Shown one piece after another: positions 23,109 through 35,723 of a stretch of DNA of 64,000 bases. Source of the DNA: Moniliella sp. 'wahieum'. Taxonomy: Eukaryota. The translations under genes and the position numbers were made by a program. How positions within the stretch are numbered: position 1 is the stretch's first letter; each line of letters opens with the position of its first letter. Below the pieces are notes generated by a model. It was not told the origin of the DNA and did not search any database. It saw only the letters and a list, made by a program, of their open reading frames with translations. The stretch lies in assembly GCA_003971905.1 (NCBI GenBank), contig RSEE01000039.1, positions 186,001-250,000 of the forward strand, written 5' to 3'.

Positions 23109-26100
23109 TCATGCTTCCTGGGTCTGGTCAAACAGAGCCTCGCTCGTCTGTAGACAGACTTGTACCTCCTGAGCCATAGGGACCACCATGTCCCAGTGCT
23201 GAGCTTGCCGGGTCAGGGCAGCGTGGATGCGACTGACATGAAGCCAAATCTCGCTCAAAACGGCTTGGCGGTCCTCAGTGAGGTTACTGGAGCGGCGTCG
23301 TCGATTCAAAGCTGCCGACTGCTGGGCCGACTGAACCAGGGCCAAACTTTGGCCCTCGGCCAAGTCAGAAGCGTCCAGGTCATTACTGACACTGAGCGCT
23401 TGAACCAAGAGATAAACGCAGTCAAGACGTGTTCACAAGCCAAGTACGGATTGACCATGAGCTGCTCATGGCCCAGGATTTCAAGCAGACGCTTGGACGC
23501 ATATACACACCGCCCCAACGAATAGCGCGCTTCAAACGGGTGTTCACTCCTTGGCTTGCCAGACATGTCCGGCAGCCATGATGGCGACGTCTCTGTCTTT
23601 ACTGGGAAAGGAGGTGGATTTGTCCATGTCCCTGCGGACATGGGCTCCACAACCTCAGCACCAATCCCGTCCACCCCAGCGGAGGGACTGAGGCCGGCCA
23701 TGCGCAACAGCCAATCACCAGTCGATTCCGCTGGACCAGACCGGGGATTGTCGGCGCTCAGCTGTGCCGTGAGCTGGTCAAGATCGTTCCAAGCCCATCC
23801 TGGCCCAATTGGACCAACGGTTGGCTCCAAGTCGGAAGCCAATGTACCCGGTGCAAAGATGTTGCTGTACACATCCATCCCAGGGATGGGCACAGGCGCT
23901 ACCTGTGCCGTTGCCAATGCGGGAGGACCCATGGGAGCAGTAAAAGCAGTTAGGGGACTAGACATGGACGGGATAGGGTGTGGTAAGCTTGGGTTTTTCA
24001 TCAGGAATGCACTTGAGAAAGCAGAGCTTCCGTTCAAAAATTGAAGCACCTTCTAGGGCCGAGTACAAGTGAAGGCACAGCCAACCGGTGTAAAGTTGAC
24101 CCCAGTTCATCAAGCGCATATAGCTTGATAGACTTGCCTCAACTTGGGCCAAGCTGTTAGGTCGGCCTTGGAAGGTGGGCGAGTTCCAAGGTAAGGGCTG
24201 CCTCTCCAACTCCTGAATTTGGGCCTCCAACGCTTTGTCAATCGACCGCATACTATCCGCCAGGCGGTCTCGGTTCGAACTCGTCGACGATGAGGGGGAG
24301 AAAACGGAGTCGGTGGCCATGGAGCCACTGACGGTGGGGTCTGGTGATACAACGGGGTCGTCAGTCTCAGATGAGAGTGATTGGACCATGGCTGAGACCC
24401 GGTCTTGCACTATCAACATAAACCGGAGCGTGGACACGTGTTTCTCCCACTCATTTTCCCGTGACAACCCCGTCCCGGAAGGCAAGGCGGATGTAACTCT
24501 GGGGTCATCAGCGCTGATCGTCAACAACTTGCCCGTATTGAAGGATGCGTAAAAGAGAACGGTCCAGGTCGTCCACCAAACTCGCTTGCTCATATCGAAA
24601 AGAAATGGGCTTGAAATGGTGTCAAGCAGTCTGCGGGTTGATGCAGCCGTGATCGAGGGGGTCATTAGCGTTTCAAAGGCAGCCAAGGACGACATGCGGT
24701 GCATTCCATAGGACATGGCCAAGCTCAGAGCCTGGTCCGCCTTGATCCTCGCCTTGACTGCCCGGCTCGATCCATACTCCAAGATAGCCAGAACGACAAG
24801 AGCTTGGAGAATTTCAAGCAAAGTTCCCCAATCGGCTTGCTCCTCCATGGCCTCGAGAGCCTCGTCAATGACATCCCTTGCTTGGCGAACGAAATGGACA
24901 GCAGACCGGCGGCGCTCTTGACGAGCGGGCGAATTGAACGCTGCAGGACCCTCATATGGTCCTGTTCCACATTGTCTTCCAGAAGGGCAGTATGGCCTCC
25001 AAAGCCAAAAGGAAAGGAGATCGATGGGAGCTATACCACTCAACATATGCCTCCATGTGTTGAGGAGGGAGCAAAACGGGTAGAAACGAGTAAAGATGAA
25101 GGTAAAACGAGGTGAGCAATTGACGGGTGCGGGCGGGGCTTGACAAGTGAGTCTCGCAATGGTTATGCAAGGAACCCAATCCCGCTCGCCTTTGGCTCTG
25201 TTGCTGGTGCACTTTCGCCGCCAATGGAGCTAAAGGATCAGAAAGATCCGGCTCTAGCGTATTCATGGGTGGTGCAGCTGAAGGCGTGAAGTTGAGCGAA
25301 GTGGGAGACAGCGAAAAGCTAAACGAGTCATTTCCAGCAGCAACAGCGGGAATTGCCGAGGCTGGGACAGCACCCGTTCCGCGAAACGGGGGCCCCGTTA
25401 TTGAGCGCCAATTGTTGTGGAGACCACATATTCGGAGCAGAAGACATGGCGTTGGCATCTTCCACGCTCAACTGCTTAAGTGCGCCAGCTACAAGAGAAC
25501 GCAACTCGGAGGAATCGACGGTGGATGAACGAGGAGCGGAGGATCGAGAATTGCTGGCAGTGTGGGCAGCTGGGATGCGTCCGCGGGCGCTGTTGCACCA
25601 GACGCGTAAGGAACAGATGAAGCAGAAGACATCGGCTCCTTGTTGGTACTTCCATGTTCCTTTTTGGCGCCTCCCGCCTGCTGGCGTGCACGCTCAGTTT
25701 CAATTGCTTCCTGGAGCATGTTGAGCTCAAAAGAACTCATCGAGCTCAAGTCGGGCTGCTGAAACGGAAGCAGTTGCGGAATTCGGCCGGGGACACGAAT
25801 GTCGTTGGGCAAAGAACTAAGGCCCAAGAGCTCTTGAAGATGCTGGCGCAGTTCGGCTGGGTCGATCATGCGTCGCTTGGCTCCCCGCTTCGAGGCGGTG
25901 TATATGCACTCGTTTTCGCGTTTCCTGGTAATACATGTCTTGCAAGGCCTCTGTCCGTCACACTTGGACTTTCTGAGTAGGGATGAAAGTGTCAATGGGC
26001 ATGCGGGAAGCAAACGAGATCGCCAAAAGAGGAACGTACCGAGACCGGCAGAAGAGACACGCTGCCTTTACAGGCGCATGAGCCTTGGCGCCGGCAGTTG

Positions 26101-26212
26101 GGGGTGAGTCGTGATCAGCATCGTTGTCGTCCTCGGACATGGCAGCCCGCTTGACTCCATGAGAGGGCCTGCCAGGAGGCGAGGTGGTGCTGGAACCGTC
26201 GCTGGCAAACAT
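23109..26212 (-). CDS. Zn(II)2Cys6 binuclear-cluster transcription factor with fungal-specific TF middle domain
   Basis: ACLFCRSR|KSKCDGQRPCKTCITRKRENECIY across intron 25973-26039. Middle region (LLTSFYLHLYSFLPVL, ILQALVVLAILEYG, ALSLAMSYGMHR, KRVWWTTW). C-terminal NPYLAC motif. Frameshifts. Confidence 0.92.
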
Positions 26213-26829
26213 TGGCGGTAACGGATGGAGGCGACAGATGGCCAAGAGAAGGAGGCAGTGGTGGCGTCGTTCGGTGTTAAGACGGCCCAAACCGCACGGC
26301 GGTTGGCCGTTGGGGGGCAAGTGGCACTATTTGAGGACACATTAGGTAATCCCCATCATCTTGTCTCGCTGAGTTCAGAACGATCTCTGAGCTGACATGC
26401 TGACGCGGTTGCCAGCCTTTTTGGCTGACGGTCCAGGGGCTGCCGCAGGCTGCCGCGGACTTCTCCACATTGGCTGCGGTCCTCCGAGGTCCCGGCTGGG
26501 GCTCTTCGTCCAGAGCATCAGCAAAGAGCCTCAGTCTCCTCTTACTCCATCCAACCCCTAGTGCGGAGGCCATTCAAAATGGCCGTCACGACTTTGAGCA
26601 ACACATCTTTCCAAAACAGGTTCCGCGACGCATCCAGCTCTTTGCTGAGCGCTGCCCCTGTGCACCACTATCAAGCAACTACCGCTTTTCCTACGCGTAG
26701 ATGTCACTATCTTCCGCACGATGGAATGGCGTCTCCAAGATGCACGCGGTTTGGCAGTGGTTTGGCAGAGCATTTGATCGCACACACGCGCCTGGCATGG
26801 GATAACGGCCTTGAAGGCTTGGCCTGAAA

Positions 26830-27248
26830 TTACTCGTCGTCTTCAGCCTTGTCCGAAGTAATGTACTTCTGCCGCAGGTCCTTCCACTGCTTCTGTCCGA
26901 TGGGAACAAAGATCATGTCAGTCATCGCAGCCACAAGCATAGGAGTCAGGCAGGGGCGTCCACACCCATGCCAGCAGAGTTGGGCGGCAGCACTGCCCGG
27001 AACCCCAAGTCGGTACTCATGGAGGAAGTTCAACGTACGGGTAGTTGTGCTTGTCCCACCAGGTCGTAGTGACCTGGTCGAAGCCAACCATGAAGGCAAA
27101 GCCACCAAAGAAGCAGGCGCTCACACTGGGCAGAACGAGTTAGCGACGCCTCCAGTACATCCAGTCAGCAAGCCGAGACAGAATCGAGGACGCACAAGAC
27201 GGGGTTGCGCTTGAAGAGCACATTGTAGATGCTACGGGACAGAGCCAT
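26830..27248 (-). CDS. QCR9: Cytochrome bc1 complex subunit 9 (three exons)
   Basis: Spliced product MALSRSIYNVLFKRNPVFVSACFFGGFAFMVGFDQVTTTWWDKHNY(P)KQWKDLRQKYITSDKAEDDE*. Introns 27126-27195 and 26893-27038. One base missing in the C-run at the end of exon 2. Not called whole by the ORF track. Confidence 0.93.
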
Positions 27249-27492
27249 GGCGGATGTGGGAGGTGGAGACCGGAAAGAAGAAGGTGCTCAGGACGATGCT
27301 GGAGGCCTGAGGAGTGGTCATCGGGGAGGATCGGGGCAGAACAACTGCAGCACAAGGGCAGTCTCAGGAGCGCCTCTTAGTAATCCCAGTTTTGAAACCT
27401 GGCAGCGGCGGAAGCGGAATTTTAGTTTTGATTTGAACAAGTAATGATTAATGAGACCTCTTTAGTTTGCACATATTGTCTGCTGATGTAAG

Positions 27493-27579
27493 TCCTCAAT
27501 GGTCCAACGGCTATGATGTCACGCTTTCAAGCTCCTAAGCTGATCCGTGAAGACCCGGGTTCGACTCCCGGTTGGGGAA
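27493..27579 (+). tRNA. tRNA-Glu(TTC) with 15-nt intron (27530-27544)
   Basis: Acceptor TCCTCAA/TTGGGGA, anticodon arm TCACG-CT-TTC-A[intron]C-CGTGA with the intron at the canonical 37/38 position, T arm CCGGG-TTCGACT-CCCGG, T5 at 27585-27589. Confidence 0.95.
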
Positions 27580-28114
27580 CTAACTTTTTGTCTTTATCCA
27601 TCCGATCAATTTTGTAACCAAGCTAATCCGGTAAGGCCCACACTCGCGACTGCCCCACGTCACGCAAGTGTGCCTTGGACGTTTCGAGAGATGCGTGCCC
27701 CGTCCTCCGTGAGTACGAGTCATGACTTCGATGGGCAAGAAAAGTCTTTAATCATTAAAGGACTTAATCCCCCGTTACACGCAACAGTCAGTTCATTTTT
27801 AGTGCATCAGATCCTCCATCTGCCTTCAAGCTTCAGGCCTATCTCTTGCTGCATTATACGCGTTATGCACGTGGTGGGGGCAATCAAAGCGTGAAGGAAA
27901 CCAACCATATAACCATCTCGGCAACCATCGTGAGTTGAAGGGTATAAATATGAATGCGCACGGAAACAAGCTCGAGGTGAAAAAAGCATAAAACATGAGC
28001 AGACACACAGTATCCAGAGGACAAATAGAGAGCACGAGAAAGGAAACACAATGGAATGGAACACAAGAATGGAATAGACAAGAGTCCACGACAATGACAT
28101 GATGGCTGGAGCAA

Positions 28115-29190
28115 CTAGGCTTTGGAAAGGGGGCCAGTGGAGGACGAAACTCTTCCGTCCTTACTCAAGGGGGTTAGTCCGCCAGCCTGGGTTTCATCTT
28201 CAGTAGATGAACTGGATAAGCAGCAGAGCAAGTCGGTGAGCCAGATACCTCGCTCCGGCGGCAGGTCTTCAGGTTTACGATGCATAGGCGTAGGTGAACG
28301 CGACCGAGAAAGACTGTCCGACGATGATGAGAGTGGGGAATGCGATGGCGACGAGGATGAAGAAGATAAAGGATTTGATTGATCTCGCCCACGCCCTCGG
28401 CCACGACCGCGGCCACGCGAACCATAATCCCGAGGCGGGGGGTGGAGGGACATGCTTCGCACAGGAGCTGGGCCTGCCGTGACCAATGGCTTTGGCCGGT
28501 AGGGCGTGGATTGACGGTGCTTGGGTTGGGACTTTCCCTTTGTTGGTTTGGGTAGTCATATCCACCTCTTGGTGATCCCACATGGCCAGCCCAGACCCGC
28601 AATCGAATCAGAAATAGGCGTGCCAGGAGAGGTCAACGGCAGGTTGGAAGAAGGCGAGCTAGGCGACTGGGTACCCGGCTGAGGACTGGTGGGGGCAGGC
28701 GCAAGCGCTGAGGTGGAATGAACTCGGGTTTCCGAAGATGAAACCAAGGCTGCTGGAGTTGCAGCCGATGCACCGTTGGCCTTTGCTTCAGCCCGGGGGC
28801 GACGAAGAGTAGACAGACGGCGGAGGAGGCCTGGGCTGTTGAGTCAGACGTCTCAGCACCTGCGGTTGAGTTGAAGGATTTGCAGGGCGTCGCTGGCGTG
28901 CAGACTTGCGGCGTTGGCAGTCTCTTGGACCAATTAGCAAGATTGGCTGACGGCTGCCTCTTCTTCCTCCGTGGGCTCCTCGTGTTCTGGCGCGTCCGGG
29001 GTGTAGCGTTGGAGAGAGAAGGTTTCGCCACCAATAATGTTGGTGAGACTTGTGTTGAAGTCTATTTGCCCTAGAAGCATAGCATCGTTTGGGAAAGCTA
29101 CGTCATCTCCATCAGCCAGTGAGCCGGGCTGGACGTTGCCCTTGTGATGGTCCTTGCCTTGCCCATACTCTCGTCCGCAGGTCATCGATG
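28115..29190 (-). CDS. Hypothetical low-complexity Ser/Pro-rich protein with an RG repeat (fragmented)
   Basis: Successive minus-strand ORF pieces (28934..29194, 28556..28747, 28115..28486) read like one disordered protein, including SRGRGRGRGRGR and SRSRSPTP. No recognisable domain. Confidence 0.4.
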
Positions 29191-29833
29191 CCATGTGACA
29201 AAGCGGGGGTGAGGGTCAGAGGGAAGCACGGCGGGGGGGCCAGTCGGTTGGGCCGACGTTGGGTGGAGGGAGGGGCGCGGACGAGTGCTGACGAGCATAG
29301 CCCACGTTGGTGGGGGCAAGCAGGTGGAGGGTAGTAGTATGGAGAGATGGCGAGAGTTTGCACCAGCCATCCCAACGCGTAAGTGGTGCGGTGGAATGAT
29401 TCATGATGCGTGATGCACGTGATGCACGAACTTGAACATTTGCAAACCAAGCGGAAATCATTAATCCCGGCACTCAGTACTCACCGGTCGCCAGTCACCT
29501 AGTCACCGCTGGCACGTGCCTTCCTCGGTCCCTCTCTTGCAAAGCTGGGTCGGGCAGCTGGGTTGTTCAATGTTCAATGCTGCTTTGATTATGATTGCAC
29601 CACATGTGATGTTGCATGTGATATCCCAGGATGCCCGCGGGATGGCGGGCGGAATGCTCCGTTGGAAGAGCGCAGGGTGCGGGGCGGCAGGCGCAAGAGC
29701 GCAGGTGTGGATCCTGGAGGCAGCGCCACCTCCTCCACCTCCTCTCCCCTCCTCCCCTTTCCTCCCTCCTTTTCCTCCCCCGCCCCCACCCTCATCTGTT
29801 CGGGTATGGCCAGGGTCAGCCCCAGTCGCAGCC

Positions 29834-32800
29834 ATGTCCGTGGCGTTTCTCCCGCATCTGCTGCCTCCGGTGCGGATGCTGGAGAGGCACGTGGCGATGC
29901 TCCCCCGTCGGTCGTCCCCCTCGTTCTTCGTGCCCTCGCCCTCATATCGTTTGTCGCTACCACCCAGCTTGTCGGCTCGTTCTCTTTACCAAGGGCTTCC
30001 TCTTGACCCGAACCGAGCTTGAAGGCACGGCTCGCTGCCCTTCCTCGGATCGTTCACCCACCACCAATATCGACTTGGCCCTCTCCACTCTCGTTTTCTT
30101 CTGGACAAGCTCTCCCTTCCAACTGGTCCTCCGTCCTGGCCGAACATGGGGAATGCACCCTCCCCGCTCGCTTTGATCGCTCGTTGATCTTCATTGTTGA
30201 TGCGTTGCGTTATGATTTCGTTTCGCCCCCGCTCTTCGCATCAGGCAACGCGAGCGACGCCGAATTGGAAGCTGTCATTACACAGCTTGCTGGCGGTGTG
30301 CCCACGATTCAGGCCCTTCAGGCTGCCCACCCTGACCATACCCTCCTTGCTCATTTTGCTGCCGACCCCCACCCACTACCACTCTCCAGCGGCTCAAGGC
30401 AACTAACTACCGGAGTCCTGCCCACATTTATTGATGCTGGCTCCAACTTTGGAGCGACCAACATTGGCGAGGACAACTTGTTGGCTCAACTGCGGGCTCG
30501 AAATTTGGCTAAAAACCCAGACGCGGCAGGTATTGCATTCATGGGAGATGATACTTGGCTCAGCCTTTTCCCCGACTCCTTCGACAAGACGTGGGCATGG
30601 CCCTATGATTCCTTCCACGTGAGGACCTTGACACGGTCGACCAAGGTGTTCAGTTACATCTGCGTGCCTTCTTAAATCCCGCATCCACTCGCACCACGGA
30701 GGCAGGTAACTGGTCTCTCATCGTTGCACACCAGCTGGGGCTCGACCATGCTGGCCACCGTTACGGTCCCGGTCACGCCGAATTCAGTCGCAAGCTCAAG
30801 GAGCTCGATGCGCAAATCCGTTTCATTACCGATCACCTCCCGATGATGCTTTACTTTTCTTCATGGGGGACCATGGTATGGACGCCAAGGTCATGGTGGC
30901 GATGGGGAACTCGAAACAGGTGCCGCCTTCTTTGCTTACGCCAAACGTCCCCTCACTGCACAACTGCCTCAAGAAGAAGGTTTGGGCTACTCTGCTTTGC
31001 CCGAGACACCCTTGGATGTTTCGTTTGGCGCTTCATCAGGTGGTTATCACTTCGGCCCAGGCACATATGTCGCAACGGATACCTCCCTGACTGCCTATGG
31101 GGATGATTACTTCGTCTTTCTGGCTTGCGCCACGGGCGCCGCATGCCAGATCCAGGTGAACAAAGGAGGCGCTTCTTTCTCCGGAGCTTCCCAAGGCTCG
31201 TACGTTTTCTCCACTCCGCGGGAGGACATTTCCTTGGACGAGCTTTTCTTCCCCTCCGGTCTCAAGCAAGGTGGTCCCGTCCGTACAGCATTGGGTGCTC
31301 CTGATGAGTATATCGCCTTCAGTCCGTTGGGGAATGAAGTGGCCCACCGCAGCATCCAACAGATTGACTTTGTTCCTTCGTTCGCTTTACTCCATGGCCT
31401 GCCCATTCCCTTCAATTCGCTAGGCACTGTAGTGCCCGAGCTGTTTGTGGACGTCTGTTGCGCGCCCTACGGATCAACGCTCAGCAGATCCACACTTATC
31501 TCGAGCGCTATGTGGATCAAGCGGGTGAATTTAACAGATTTACCTCCGAGTTGGAGGAAGCCTGGCTTCGTGCAGCCCGGGCCGACTGGGTACGGGCGTC
31601 AGTCACCCCTCGAGCCCGCTGTATGCGTCCTTGACTCGGACTGCCGAGCGTGCGTACTTTGCCTATGCCCGCCTCGCTCTCGCTCGCGCCAAGCAGGTCT
31701 GGGCCCAATTTGATCTCACTCAATGGCAGCCGGCGTAACGCTCTTGATACTCGGAACTTATCTGCCTTACGCCTGCGCTGGTCGATTGGAACAAAGGCCC
31801 GGCCTGTAGATGGTCTGCGTGCTGCGGCGGGTACCTTGCGTCATGCCCTCGGCCTCGGCGCCGCGATTTCTGGACCAGTGTTTGCCATGGCACTGGGCGC
31901 AACGGGGGTGCGCCACAGTGATACAACGACTGTCTGGGAATTGATTGCCGTGGTAGGATGGGATGCAATCCTTACCTTTGTCTCGGCCGTCTTCATTTTC
32001 TTGAGCAATGTTGTTCTTCTCGCCCATCTACCCAAAACGTTCCGTGCTCTGTGCCCTAGCGCAAGTACTATCCTACCTGTTGGGATTGTCATCTGCATGC
32101 TGTTTCGCTGGGTAGCAACAGCTTCATTGCTTGGGAAGATCATGTGAGCTCGACGCTTCTCCAAGTTCTGTCCTTTCCCTGGTCAAAGGTGCGCTATTGC
32201 GCCTACCTGGTCTTTTCTCTGGTACAGATGGGGAAAAGGCTGTGGCACAAAAAGACTTGCTGCGGACAGGGGCCCTGGGGTTCTGAGCATTGTCCTCACG
32301 CTTTTGCTCGCGATACACGTGTGTCGGGAGGATCAGGCTCCGTACTGCCAAACCACTTTCTATTCACGCCTCGTCTCAGGCCCCTCAGGTGACTCGAACG
32401 GTGCTACGGGGCCGGCAGCCGTTGCTGCTGCTGCAGTGGGGAGTTCGACCAACAGTCTCTGGGCCTCAGCCTTGGCGCTCGCTGTGGCATGGTGGATGGT
32501 GCCCAGCATGGCCCGTTTGATGGCGGGCCTGACCGAGTCGGACACGCGCTTGGTCCAGCTCTATGTCAAGTGGCTTCTCCGCTCCACCTTGGTGGCTGGT
32601 GCGCTCTATTGGGTCCTCGATACCCTCTCTGCCGGCGCGTCGGGGGTTGCGTCCCTCAGCTTGGGCAGTTTGGGCCAATTCGCTTAAACGTCCTCTCGCT
32701 ATCCTGGACATCTGCGCCACTCTTGCATCGGTCTTGGTCGTTTGGCCCGGATCGCCACTCCCCCTCGAGCTGCGAGTGCAACCAGTGGCCACTTCGTCAG

Positions 32801-33576
32801 GACAGGCCCGGGCCAGCGGGCAGTGTTGACAGGCGTGCGGAACTTGCTGGGGATTCACTTCTTGCTCCTGGTCTTGTTCATTTTCTCCTTCGTTTTCTCT
32901 TGGCCCAGCCGATGGGGCAAGTGGCTCTTGGGCTTTTGGTTTGTGTCCTGCTTTGCCTCGCCGAGCTGGCCAGGGGGTCCGAGGATGCTGCGCGAGTGGG
33001 GTAAGAGGGAGACAGCATCCCCTCTCGTCCTCGTCACCCTCCATTTCCTCTACCTGGCCTTCTTTAGCACAGGGCACCAAGCTGCCATGCCGAGCATTCA
33101 ATGGCGAGCTGCTTTGTTGGCTTCGACCAGCTGACCTACCCTTTGCACCCTTGTTTGTCGTGGTCAACACGCTTGGTCCCAGCATTCTTGTCGTGCTTTT
33201 CATCACACTCGTCGTCCTGTGGCGGCACGCCCCACGCCCACGTGGGATGGGTGAGATGCGGTCTGATGGGACCCCGGCGCTATCCCAAGACGAGCCCATG
33301 GCCACCATTCCTTCCTTGCCGGGCCGCGCTAGGGTACGTGGCGGCTAGCTCTGTGGCCTGTGTGGCAGCGAGCGTGTTTGCTAGCGTGATGCGTCGGCAT
33401 TTGATGCTCTTAAGGTCTGGGCGCCCCGCTTTATGATCTCCGGTTTGCAACTGGCAGCGACGCACCTCTCTCTCCTGCTCGGGCTTGCCGCCGCGGGCCT
33501 AATTTGTGCCTACACTGTGCCCATCCTCGGTACTCAGTTCGACTCGCTCGTGCAGGTTGAGATTGACGAGGATTAG
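29834..33576 (+). CDS. GPI13: GPI ethanolamine-phosphate transferase 3 (PIG-O)
   Basis: IFIVDALRYDF, ADPPTTTLQRLK.LTTG.LPTFIDAGSNF (after indel repair), FMGDDTW, LGLDHAGHRYGP, MGDHGMD, QQIDFVPSFALLHGLPIPFNSLG, many TM segments, FFSTGHQA..PSIQW, MRRHLML..VWAPRF. Heavily frameshifted. Confidence 0.95.
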
Positions 33577-34901
33577 TCCGTCAAATCATCGCCACCCCAC
33601 ATGCACATCTATCATCCCCATCTCAAGATGTAATCCATGCGATGAAGATTGGCCTAGTCTGGCGGAGGAAACACCACAGCTGAACGTCGAACCTTGAGAA
33701 CTGTACGAGCGAAAAGACGTAGAAACACTGGGGGATTCGTGCGTTGAGGTTGTTGGAACGTAAAACTGGACGTTGAGATGAGGGTGGTGGAACGAATTGA
33801 GGCCTTGAGGACGAAAGCCCAAGGCTACGACCACGACATGGAGGTTCCCAACGACAGCGCTCGGTAAGTGTACGTGCGGAACCCCCACGTTGGCCTCCAA
33901 GCGAAGTCCGATATCCTCAGTGGCACTGCCGTCCAAAACACTCAAAAGTATGAGAAGCATTTGATCCAATTTTCATGGCATCGCATCGACCAGCCCAGAC
34001 GAGCATGGTGAGAAGGAAAAGATTGGGAGATGAGCGCCAGCGACCAGTGTGTAAGGGAGGCGGCACTCGTGGCGACCTCGTGTGCAAGCACAAGCGATGG
34101 AAGCCGAAGACGCAAAGAGTGGAATGACAAGTACAGCTGGGCAGTGCCCAGCGTAACAGTTGTCAAACTGTTAAGAACAGATACTACTGATCTAAGCCAG
34201 AAGGCCAGAAGAGTTGGGGGAAAACAGCAGAGATGCCTCCAGCCGGGTCCTTATATAGCCTGCTGACGCTTGCAACCCTGCTCGCTGCACATCGGAACAA
34301 GGCAGGTGCGAGTGTTATTGTTCGTTAGATTTCGCTAGACCATGTGCCGGTATGCTCCAACGCCCCTGCCTCCACTCCTGGGCGGTTTCCGCCGCATTAG
34401 TTCCGCTGAGAGCAATAGGCGAAGGATCATCGGATCATCGATCAATATCATGCAACACATGTCACCGGGCACCTGAACGGAACACTCCGTATTCAGTAAC
34501 CCAGTACTCATTTTCCTCTCGCTCAAGCGCTCAGGCCGCCTTAAGTCAGTCTGCGATACATCCGCCGACTGCAATCACTCGGTATCGGATCTCACACACG
34601 TTCGAGCAACGTCTCAATGTGAGGAGTAACAGGTAGAGAAAGGAAAAGAGGCGCACCTTCAGATAGGTGTGAAGGCAAGAGTGGTTAGCCACAAGTCATC
34701 AAGCAACGTCTGCAGGGAAGGTGACTGTATGGGGAGAGGAGGGAGGGGAGCGAGCTGGGGGCGCGCAGGCTCAGGCGGAGCGCAACTCTTCCGCTCGGCT
34801 ACTAAGGCGAGCGGCACCGATCAACTGAGGGCCGTGCCACAGGGGATGTCTAGCACACAATATCTCCTCCAACAAGATTGAGGTGATAATCCCGGAGCAT
34901 C

Positions 34902-35422
34902 TCAGAGTTTGGATACTACATCATCGCCAGCATCGCCAGCATCGCCTGCGTTGCCTGCATTGTCCTCGACTGATTTGACCGAGGGGGGGGGTGATTTTGG
35001 TAGGTAGATCCAACAATCGCATGTGCTGTGTAAGTGCTGCATGAACTCCGGTAGTGGTCCCATGACAAACTCCTCGCCTTGATGCTCCTTGAGGTACTTC
35101 AATTCGCTCTCCCACGCGTCGTCTGCGCTGCAGCAGACCATAAACCCGCCATTTCCCCCTGGGCAATCCGGCATATACCCATGAGCTTCATGGCCTCGAA
35201 TTGGAGGGCCATCGCGTCGTGCTTGTCTCCCGCTTGGGAAGAAGTGGGACGGATCATGGGACTGCACGGACTGTTCACCTCAAGTAAAAATTCCCATTGG
35301 TCAGCCATTGCACCAAGGCCATTGAGAACGTGGATGAGCATGTTTCGGTTCGGAACGGGAAAGTCGACGACCATGTCGCGCAGGCTGTACCCCTCACATG
35401 GCAGTTTCATCTCCATATTCAT
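34902..35422 (-). CDS. Orphan hypothetical protein (~170 aa, one frameshift), Met/Cys-rich with acidic repeated tail
   Basis: ORFs 35099..35656 and 34902..35267 join through one indel: MNMEMKLPCEG..AQGEMAG / FMVCCSADDAWESELKYL..NAGNAGDAGDAGDDVVSKL*. TATAAAAAA on the minus strand at 35549-35557. Confidence 0.55.
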
Positions 35423-35672
35423 ATTCAGCGGTGGGGACAGTTCGGGGGCGGAAGGCGCGGGATAGTAGGTGCGGGCGTGAAGGCGGGGGATAGGAGCGGG
35501 AGTGAAGATGGTGGTGGGATTGATTCTCAGTGCATAGCTCGGGTGCCATTTTTTATATGTCGCCGAGACACATATACGGGTACACTTATACGGACACCGA
35601 TGCGGGGTAGTGTTGCCTCCGCCATATGAGGGCACGCACACACAGGTCTGACTCATCGACTCCCAAGCGTGA

Positions 35673-35723
35673 AGGCCTAAGGCCTAAGGCTTGAAGCTTG
35701 AAGGGGCCTAAGGCCTAAGGTCT
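35673..35723. repeat. Period-7 AGGCCT/AAGCTT palindrome array
   Basis: AGGCCT-A-AGGCCT-A-AGGCTT-G-AAGCTT-G-AAG..CCT-A-AGGCCT-A-AGGTCT. Confidence 0.92.

Noticed and set aside
26893..27038. Intronic snoRNA in the longer QCR9 intron
   Set aside because: No correctly ordered box C/D pair with terminal stem, and no H/ACA hairpins evident.
29834..33576. GPI13 and other genes as true pseudogenes
   Set aside because: Conserved residues and splice sites are intact, indels sit in homopolymers and essential genes are equally hit; sequencing error is more parsimonious.
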